Origin: Faecousia sp.
Lineage (GTDB): Bacteria > Bacillota > Clostridia > Oscillospirales > Oscillospiraceae
Assembly: GCA_045120675.1 (NCBI GenBank)
Contig: JBGVFB010000042.1
Span: 5,493-69,492 of the forward strand
Length of the DNA: 64,000 nucleotides
Reading direction: 5' to 3'
The number at the start of each line of letters is the position of its first letter. Position 1 is the stretch's first letter. The position numbers and the translations under genes are program-made. Of this stretch, positions 56,936 through 64,000 are shown one piece after another. The notes under the pieces were generated by a model. That model was not told where the DNA came from and did not search any database. It worked only from the letters and a program-made list of their open reading frames with translations.

Positions 56936-58090
56936 ATGACCATTACAAACGATATCCGCTACATTGGTGTCAACGACCACGAAGTTGACCTGTTTGAGGG
57001 CCAGTATGTTGTCCCCAACGGCATGTCCTACAATTCCTATGCCATTATGGATGAAAAAGTGGCAATTATGGACACCGTGGATCAGAATTTTACCGCTGAA
57101 TGGCTGGGAAATATTGAAGCTGTTCTGGAAGGCCGCAAGCCGGATTTCCTGGTGGTTCACCACATGGAGCCTGACCACAGCGCAAACATCCACAAGTTCC
57201 TGACTGCATATCCCGAAGCCACCGTGGTTTCTTCCGCCAAGGCATTTACCATGATGAAGCAGTTCTTCGGCACGGACTACTCTGACCGCCGCATTGTGGT
57301 GGGCGAGGGCGATACCCTGTGCCTCGGTAAGCATACCCTGACCTTCGTTACCGCTCCCATGGTTCACTGGCCCGAGGTCATCGTGTCCTACGATTCCTGC
57401 GATAAGGTTCTGTTCTCTGCCGACGGCTTCGGCAAGTTCGGCGCGCTGGACGCTGAGGAAGACTGGGCCTGCGAAGCAAGACGTTACTACATCGGCATCG
57501 TGGGCAAGTACGGCGCACAGACCCAGGCTCTGCTGAAGAAGGCCGCAGGTCTGGACATTGCCATCATCTGCCCCCTCCACGGCCCTGTGCTGACAGAGAA
57601 TCTGGGCTACTACATCAATCTGTACGACATCTGGTCTTCCTACCGCGTGGAGAATGAAGGTGTCCTGATCGCCTACACCTCCGTTTACGGCCATACCAAG
57701 GCCGCAGTGGAACTGCTGGCCAAGAAGCTGGAAGAAAAGGGCTGTCCCAAGGTCTCTGTGGCTGATCTGGCCCGTGACGATATGGCAGAAGCTGTGGAGG
57801 ATGCATTCCGCTACTCCAAGCTGGTTCTGGCTACCACCACCTACAACGGCGATGTATTCCCCTTCATGAAGGAATTCATCAATCACCTGACCGAGCGCAA
57901 TTACCAGAACCGTACCGTGGCATTCATGGAAAACGGCTCCTGGGCACCCGTCGCCGGCAAGGTTATGTCCAAGATGTTGGAAAACAGCAAGAATCTGACC
58001 TACACCGAGAATAGTGTCAAGATTTTCTCCGCCCTGAGTGACGAGAGCCGCGCTCAGATCGAGGCCCTGGCCGAAGAACTGTGCCGCTGA
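56936..58090 (+). CDS. fprA: Flavodiiron protein (class A)
   Basis: HMEPDHS, PMVHWPE, SADGFG, PLHG, flavodoxin YTSVYGHT. Confidence 0.93.
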   Translation: MTITNDIRYIGVNDHEVDLFEGQYVVPNGMSYNSYAIMDEKVAIMDTVDQNFTAEWLGNIEAVLEGRKPDFLVVHHMEPDHSANIHKFLTAYPEATVVSSAKAFTMMKQFFGTDYSDRRIVVGEGDTLCLGKHTLTFVTAPMVHWPEVIVSYDSCDKVLFSADGFGKFGALDAEEDWACEARRYYIGIVGKYGAQTQALLKKAAGLDIAIICPLHGPVLTENLGYYINLYDIWSSYRVENEGVLIAYTSVYGHTKAAVELLAKKLEEKGCPKVSVADLARDDMAEAVEDAFRYSKLVLATTTYNGDVFPFMKEFINHLTERNYQNRTVAFMENGSWAPVAGKVMSKMLENSKNLTYTENSVKIFSALSDESRAQIEALAEELCR

Positions 58091-58104
58091 TCTTACGCAA
58101 AGTC

Positions 58105-58411
58105 AAAGCGCACCCGAAGGGCGGCCTCGCATAGGGAGTTATACGCTCCAAAACGGATCTTTTCCCGTATTACTGCATCAAAAAGCCATGGCAGGCGTCA
58201 GCCTTGCCATGGCTCTTTTCTTTGTCCTACAGGAAAATCTCTCCTTTTGGAGTGCTTCGCAGTTTTGAAATGTAGATTTTTCTTCATAGCACGCACTGAC
58301 GACCGAAGAAATACTGTATGTATTTCAAGGGCGGCAGAGGGCGCTATGGAGGAAAAGATATTTTCAAAACCGTATAAATCCCCATGTGAGTCCGCCCAAT
58401 GGGTGCGCTTT
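58105..58411. repeat. Branched palindromic MITE-like element with 41-bp TIRs
   Basis: 58105-58145 versus 58371-58411 inverted, 34/41 match; two internal hairpin arms. Confidence 0.7.
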
Positions 58412-58416
58412 TGTGT

Positions 58417-59370
58417 TTACTTGCCGTTTTCCTGCAGACTGCGGTACTGCCGGGGCGAGATGCCGTACTCCTGCTTGAAAGCACGGTAAAAAGTGGAATA
58501 ATCGGAAAAACCCACCTGTGTGGCCACGTGTTCCAAAGGGGTTCCTGCGGAAATCAGATTTTTAGCGGAGATCAGCCGCCGCTGGGTGATGTAGTGATAG
58601 AGACTCAGCCCCATTTTTTGCTTGAACAGGTGGCTGATGGTGCTGGAACTGACGTAGAATTTGTGGGCCAGCTCGTCGACAGTGATGTGGTCGGAATAAT
58701 GGTTCTCAATGTAGGCAGTTACCTTATCCAGAAGTTCCGGCTTTTCTGCCTTCAGAATGTCCGTATTTCGATCAGTATAGGCCCGGTCCAGATAGGCGAG
58801 GATTTTCAGGGTGTTGCCCAGAACGATCGCCTCCCAGCCTTCTTTTTTCTGCTCCTCTTCCTGCACACCGGCCTGGAACAGTTCGCCCAGAAAAGCCCAC
58901 GGGGTATTCTGGGTGCGGATCAGGGCGGAACGGTTTTTGTTGGACACGGAGGTGCGGGGGAAAATCTGCTCCAAAGAGGCAAGAAAGTCGGGATTGACCC
59001 ATAAAACGTCCCGGATATAGGGTTCTGTCATGACTTCCGGCATGATGGGACGATGGCTGACACCGGGGGCGAGCAGAATGATATCGCCCTTTTGGAGCTT
59101 ATAGCGGTCAGAACCCACCAGATACTCTACATGGGCGCCGGTATGGCAGTAAAGAATCTCCAGATAAGTGTGGCTGTGCAGGGAGACGATCTGGCTGGAG
59201 TAGGTGATATCCCGATGGGTATTGACGAATTGAGAGGACATCTCCAGCTCCTGATAGACACTGCCGGGGTCAATGCCGACAGAGAGCAGAAATTCATGAA
59301 GTGTTTGCTGTGACTCCGGAGACTGAGGTATTTTCATGGAGGTCAACTTCCGAATATCGTCAAGTTTCAT
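58417..59370 (-). CDS. AraC-family regulator with cupin sensor domain
   Basis: LHSHTYLE, APGVSH, GFSDYSTFYRAFK..GISP. Confidence 0.93.
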   Translation of the reverse strand: MKLDDIRKLTSMKIPQSPESQQTLHEFLLSVGIDPGSVYQELEMSSQFVNTHRDITYSSQIVSLHSHTYLEILYCHTGAHVEYLVGSDRYKLQKGDIILLAPGVSHRPIMPEVMTEPYIRDVLWVNPDFLASLEQIFPRTSVSNKNRSALIRTQNTPWAFLGELFQAGVQEEEQKKEGWEAIVLGNTLKILAYLDRAYTDRNTDILKAEKPELLDKVTAYIENHYSDHITVDELAHKFYVSSSTISHLFKQKMGLSLYHYITQRRLISAKNLISAGTPLEHVATQVGFSDYSTFYRAFKQEYGISPRQYRSLQENGK

Positions 59371-59424
59371 AAAATACACTTCCAATATTTAGTATTTTCG
59401 TCATATTATAACACAAGATTGCAA

Positions 59425-59483
59425 AATTTGCAATGTAATTTCTTGAATTTGCAATTTTAATTGCGTTCACAGTTTGTTAAAAT
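59425..59483 (+). promoter_or_regulatory. Candidate AraC sites and extended -10 promoter
   Basis: AATTTGCAAT direct repeats 21 bp apart (59425, 59446) abutting a weak -35; TGnTAAAAT at 59475-59483. Confidence 0.5.
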
Positions 59484-59540
59484 GTATCAGTAAACTGTGG
59501 GAATACGCAAATTCCCAATATATATTAGGAGGAAAACATA

Positions 59541-60968
59541 ATGGCAAAAACTAAGGCCCCTGTCACCAAGCTGAATGCATGGCATCATATCAGCTACGGT
59601 GCCGGTGATGCCGGCGGCGTCGTGACCATGGTCATGATTGGCTATCTGGCACGTTTCGCACAGAACGTTCTGTTTATCGATCCCCTGGTTTATGCAGGTA
59701 TCCTGCTGGTCTGGAATATCTGGGACGCAGTGAATGACCCTCTGGTCGGTACCTTCATGGACTTCATGTTCTCAAAGTCCAACAAGGCTGAAAAGTTCCG
59801 CCCCTGGATTCTGCGCTCCATTCCCATTCTGGTCATCGGTATGAGCTGCCTGTTTGCGCTGCCCACCCTGTTCGACGGCATGCTGGCTATGGTCGTTCTG
59901 TTCATCACCAAGATCGTTTATGAGCTGGGCTACACCATCATGAACATCGGTATGGGCTCTCTGCTGGGCGTCATGGCTACCAATGACGCAGAGCGCGCAT
60001 CCCTGGCATCCGCCCGTGGCTTCGGTTCCACCGTCGGCGGTATCATCGGTATGATGGTCATCCCCGTTGTCCTGCAGGTTCTGGGTGAGACTCCTGCCGG
60101 CTACGCTGCTACCGGTGTTGCTGCTGCACTGACCTGCGGCATCCTGGTCTTCATCCACTACATCGGCACTGTGGAGCGCAACGTTGCTGCACAGCACGCT
60201 GTCAAGACCGCTGAAGAGAAGGAAAAGGAAAAGGTCAAGGTTACCGACATCCTGAACGTCTTCAAGGTCAACCGTCCTTATCTGGCACTGTGCGTCCACT
60301 CCATCTGCATCTGCTTCGTGCAGGGCATCGCTCAGGGCGCTTCCTCCTACATGTACGCTGACGTTCTGGGCGCCATCGGCCTGAGCTCTCTGGCTACCGT
60401 TGTGGGTATGCCCGTTATGTTCGGCGGCCTGATTCTGGCTCCCATTCTGGCTAAGAAGTATGACTTCGTTTCCATCATCCGTACCATGATTCTGGTCGGC
60501 TGCATCATGCTGGGCGGTCTGTTCGCCTATGCAATGATGGTTGAGACCATGAATGCAATCCTGTACATTGTCTGGTCCGGCATCGGCACCGGCCTGATTA
60601 CCCTGTCCGTCCAGCTGCAGTGGGGTCTGGTTGGCGAGTCCATCGACTACAACGAGTACCTGACCGGCAAGCGCTCCGAGGGCGCAATCTACGGCACCTT
60701 CTCCCTGACCCGCCGTATCGGCAACACTCTGGCTGCTTCTCTGGCCGTTCTGATGATCAGCTGGTTCGGTTACATTCAGGGCGCCGGCACCGCACAGCCT
60801 GCTTCCGCAATCTTCGGCATCAAGGCAATGTGCATCCTGTTCCCCGCTGTTATCGCTATGGGTTCCTGGGCTGCATTCCGCTTCATTTGGGACATCAATA
60901 AGGAAAAGCGCGCCGCTATGGCTGCATGGAAGGCAGAGCGCGCTGCTAAGGCTGCTGAGCAGCAGTAA
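59541..60968 (+). CDS. GPH-family MFS sugar:cation symporter
   Basis: YGAGD, WDAVNDP, KFRPW, ERASL, IDYNEY.TGKR.EG. Confidence 0.92.
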   Translation: MAKTKAPVTKLNAWHHISYGAGDAGGVVTMVMIGYLARFAQNVLFIDPLVYAGILLVWNIWDAVNDPLVGTFMDFMFSKSNKAEKFRPWILRSIPILVIGMSCLFALPTLFDGMLAMVVLFITKIVYELGYTIMNIGMGSLLGVMATNDAERASLASARGFGSTVGGIIGMMVIPVVLQVLGETPAGYAATGVAAALTCGILVFIHYIGTVERNVAAQHAVKTAEEKEKEKVKVTDILNVFKVNRPYLALCVHSICICFVQGIAQGASSYMYADVLGAIGLSSLATVVGMPVMFGGLILAPILAKKYDFVSIIRTMILVGCIMLGGLFAYAMMVETMNAILYIVWSGIGTGLITLSVQLQWGLVGESIDYNEYLTGKRSEGAIYGTFSLTRRIGNTLAASLAVLMISWFGYIQGAGTAQPASAIFGIKAMCILFPAVIAMGSWAAFRFIWDINKEKRAAMAAWKAERAAKAAEQQ

Positions 60969-61096
60969 TCATCTGCATAAAAGCGGAATATTGCCGTATC
61001 CCGCTTGAATAACTCTTCCTCTTGACAGGGAACGGCTCAAAAGGCCGTTCCCTGTTTTCTATCACCTGTATTCCATCTTCCGAAAGGAGCATTTCT

Positions 61097-61936
61097 ATGC
61101 GTACAAGAATTTTTGTAAAACTGCTGAACTCTGAGGTTCAGGATTATCTGCAGAGAAACGATATCATCATTGTTCCCGTGGGCACCACCGAAATGCACGG
61201 CGGCTTCCCTCTGGACTCTGAAACTGTGATCAGCGAAGCCTATGCACTGAAAATGGCGGAAGCCTGCGACGGCCTGGTGCTGACGGGTCTTCCCTATTTC
61301 TATGCCGGCGCTACCGCTTCCGGCCGCGGCACCGTGCAGGTGAGCATCCGTCAGGGCATCGATTACTTAGGTGCCATTGCCAGATCCCTGCTGCGCCTGG
61401 GCTTCAAGCGTCAGGTGTATCTTTCCTTCCACGGCCCTGCCCACATGACCATCTGCCCCATGGTCCGCGATTTTTACGACGAGACCGGCGTGCCGATCCT
61501 GTACATGGACATGATGATGCAGTTCGGCAAGAATCAGGATCTGTTTGCCAAGGCCGGCTTCGGTGCCTTCCACGACATTACCGTGGGTGCTTACAAGATC
61601 ATGAACCGCATCGACGACGTGCCGCTGGTGACCGGTTACGATCACCGCAATCCCAAGTCCAGCGCGACCTTCAATGATCTGTTCTCTCTGGGTTACCAGT
61701 CTGCTGCCGTTGGTTACTGCTTCGGCGAAAACGGCGACCACATGGCTACCCCCGATATCCCCGACATCGCCACCCGTGATGCCAAGGCAGAAGTGGGTGC
61801 AGATCTGATCTGCAAGATGGTCGAGCGCATGAACATGCCCCACGTGGTGGAGCAGCTGCAGAAGCTGGAAGCCTATGGCCTTGAAAATGAGCAGAAGTAT
61901 CCTTGGATGCCTGCTGCATGGAATCGCAACCACTAA
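61097..61936 (+). CDS. Creatininase/MftE-family amidohydrolase
   Basis: VPVGTTEMHG, PLDSE, GTV, SFHG. Confidence 0.82.
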   Translation: MRTRIFVKLLNSEVQDYLQRNDIIIVPVGTTEMHGGFPLDSETVISEAYALKMAEACDGLVLTGLPYFYAGATASGRGTVQVSIRQGIDYLGAIARSLLRLGFKRQVYLSFHGPAHMTICPMVRDFYDETGVPILYMDMMMQFGKNQDLFAKAGFGAFHDITVGAYKIMNRIDDVPLVTGYDHRNPKSSATFNDLFSLGYQSAAVGYCFGENGDHMATPDIPDIATRDAKAEVGADLICKMVERMNMPHVVEQLQKLEAYGLENEQKYPWMPAAWNRNH

Positions 61937-61948
61937 GAGGTAGTTTCT

Positions 61949-62821
61949 ATGAAAATGATCCATATGGCAGTTCCCGGCCATCCGGAAGCAACACTGGAAG
62001 GATATATTCTGGACTGTGAAATCAAGCTGGGCCAGAGCGTCAACCGTCCTGCCATCGTGGTCTGTCCCGGCGGCGGTTATGTGTACTGCTCTCCCCGCGA
62101 GGCAGAGCCGGTCGCACTGCGCTATGCGGGAAAGGGCTTCCATGCCTTTATCCTGCGCTACTCTACCGGCTGGGATGCGGCGGATTTCGCTCCCTTGCAG
62201 GAGGTCAGCTGGGCCATCGGCTATATCCGCGAGCATGCGCAGGAGTGGCACATTGACCCCGAAAAAATCGCCACCTGCGGCTTCTCTGCCGGCGGTCATC
62301 TGGCACTGGCGGCAGGTGTCAAGGGTGAAAACAAGCCCAATGCCATGATTCTGGGCTATCCCGCCGTCACCACACCCAACCATCCCATGTCCAACTTTAT
62401 GGTCAAGCTCCTGACCGGCAAGAAGGAAGTCACTGACGAGGACTGCGCGCAGTTTTCTCTGGAAAAGTTCATCACCAAGGATGCACCTCCTGTCTTTATG
62501 GCGGCAACCGCCGAGGATGGCCTTTCTCCCTTCGGCGCACTGCTGGTGGCAAATACCTATTCCAGACTGGGTATGCCCTATGAGCTGCACATGTTCCAGC
62601 ACGGCCCCCACGGCTATGCCATGGCTGACGAAACTTCTGCCGACGGAAGCAATCAGGTGCTGAATGCTTCCTTTGCCAAGTGGCACGAGATGAGTGTGGA
62701 CTGGCTGTACCGGATTTTCGGCCAGCTGACCTTCACAGACACCTCCACCAGCCGCATGGGCAAGATCATGGCGGAGATGGGCCTGCTCCCCATGCAGGGC
62801 AGCGGCGGAAATTTCGCATAA
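61949..62821 (+). CDS. Alpha/beta hydrolase esterase
   Basis: CPGGGY, GFSAGGHL, ILGYP, GPHG. Confidence 0.88.
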   Translation: MKMIHMAVPGHPEATLEGYILDCEIKLGQSVNRPAIVVCPGGGYVYCSPREAEPVALRYAGKGFHAFILRYSTGWDAADFAPLQEVSWAIGYIREHAQEWHIDPEKIATCGFSAGGHLALAAGVKGENKPNAMILGYPAVTTPNHPMSNFMVKLLTGKKEVTDEDCAQFSLEKFITKDAPPVFMAATAEDGLSPFGALLVANTYSRLGMPYELHMFQHGPHGYAMADETSADGSNQVLNASFAKWHEMSVDWLYRIFGQLTFTDTSTSRMGKIMAEMGLLPMQGSGGNFA

Positions 62822-62836
62822 ATTGAGGTAAAAATT

Positions 62837-64000
62837 ATGGAATATATCGTCAAAACTCCCTGCGGCGAAGTCCGCGGCACTGCCGGACGTGTTGCCGGCA
62901 CGGTTGCCTACAAGGGCATCCGCTATGCTACTGCCGGCCGCTGGGAATATCCCAGACAGGTAACGGCCTGGGAGGGCATCTATGATGCAACGGAGTATGG
63001 AAATTGCTCCTACCAGCCCCGCGCCTTTTACGACGAGGAGTTGAATGAAAAGAAGTACTTCTACTACAACGAGTTCCGCAAGGGTGAAACCTACACCTAC
63101 AGCGAGGACTGCCTGTTCCTGAACGTCTTCACACCCGAGGATGCCAAGGAAGGGGACAAGCTGCCTGTTCTGGTTTATATCCACGGCGGCGGCTTCACCG
63201 GCGGCTGCGGCCACGAAAAGCATTTTGACGGCCCCGTATGGCCCACCAAGGGCATCATCGGTGTGACGCTGAACTACCGTCTGGGACCCATGGGCTTTGT
63301 CTGCCTGCCGGAGCTGGCAGAGGAAGCGGGCTTCACCGGAAACTACGGTCTGATGGACCAGATGACCGCAATCAAGTGGGTCAAGGATAACATCGCAGCC
63401 TTCGGTGGCGACAGTGAAAATATCACCATCATGGGCCAGAGCGCCGGTGCGGCCAGCGTGCAGATGCAGTGCCAGAGTCCTCTGACCGACGGCCTGTTCC
63501 AGAAAGCAGTCCTGTCCAGCGGCTGCGGTATGGGCAGCATGATGTCCGGCAAGCTGGAAACGACCATGGCCTTCTGGCAGGAAGTGATGAAGCGCGCCGG
63601 TTGTGAGAACCTTGCTCAGTTCCGCGCCCTTCCTGTGGAAAAGCTTTTCGAAGTCTGGCAGACTGCGAAGAAGGAAATCAAGGGCGGCGCCGCTTCCGGC
63701 TTCCCCGTGGTGGACGGCTATTTTGCTGTGGCCGGTACACCTGCAAAGAACATTCCTTACATGGCCGGTTCCACCAGCCATGATATGGCACCTCCCATCC
63801 TGCAGAGCATGACGAAAAAGTGGATCAGCAACCGCGAGAAGCCTTCCTATACATGGTACTTCGACCGGAAGCTGCCCGGTGATGACTGCGGCGCGTGGCA
63901 TTCTTCCGACCTGTGGTACTGGTTTGGCACCCTGCCCAACTGCTGGCGGCCCATGGAGCAGAAGGACTACGACCTGAGCGAGCAGATGGTCAGCTACCTC
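62837..64000 (+). CDS. Type-B carboxylesterase (partial, runs off the window end)
   Basis: Hand translation: KGIRYA, SEDCLFLN, IHGGGF, NYRLG, GNYGLMDQ, FGGD, GQSAG, AWHSSDL. Confidence 0.9.
   Translation, partial: MEYIVKTPCGEVRGTAGRVAGTVAYKGIRYATAGRWEYPRQVTAWEGIYDATEYGNCSYQPRAFYDEELNEKKYFYYNEFRKGETYTYSEDCLFLNVFTPEDAKEGDKLPVLVYIHGGGFTGGCGHEKHFDGPVWPTKGIIGVTLNYRLGPMGFVCLPELAEEAGFTGNYGLMDQMTAIKWVKDNIAAFGGDSENITIMGQSAGAASVQMQCQSPLTDGLFQKAVLSSGCGMGSMMSGKLETTMAFWQEVMKRAGCENLAQFRALPVEKLFEVWQTAKKEIKGGAASGFPVVDGYFAVAGTPAKNIPYMAGSTSHDMAPPILQSMTKKWISNREKPSYTWYFDRKLPGDDCGAWHSSDLWYWFGTLPNCWRPMEQKDYDLSEQMVSYL

Noticed and set aside
1-64000. CRISPR arrays, tRNA or rRNA genes, prophage or defence genes
   Set aside because: No regularly spaced repeats, cloverleaf or rRNA signatures, or such proteins were seen.

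Overview
64 kb of chromosome from a GC-rich anaerobic Firmicute. Gene content (ppdK, lexA, ymfF/ymfH, ricT-holB, lgt, CBS-PPase, flavodiiron protein, sigmaA promoters) and codon style suggest Clostridia/Oscillospiraceae; this is inference. The window opens with an intact IS30 that apparently interrupts a gene. It then holds housekeeping genes and four sugar-derivative catabolic loci. The most striking (16.6-31.7 kb) is a ROK-controlled operon: class II aldolase, PPi-type PFK, a TPI homologue, a LarA/NPN-cofactor enzyme, an SsuA/TauA-type ABC importer, a NagB-like enzyme and NagA. A convergent cysteine desulfidase-larE-larB-larC operon follows it. By manual motif comparison the glycolytic and amino-sugar paralogues keep their catalytic residues but have lost canonical C6-phosphate ligands, and the LarA homologue lacks one catalytic His. 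This points to an apparently undescribed sulfatase-free route for an N-acetylhexosamine carrying a 6-sulfate or 6-sulfonate. Other points of note are an operon with two PF12831-type flavoproteins and an ADP-dependent sugar kinase, a family of TIR-bounded REP-doublet elements (two in 5' leaders), other structured intergenic elements, a stand-alone 32-aa sORF and a rubredoxin missed by the ORF track. All assignments are by motif recognition; no database searches were run.
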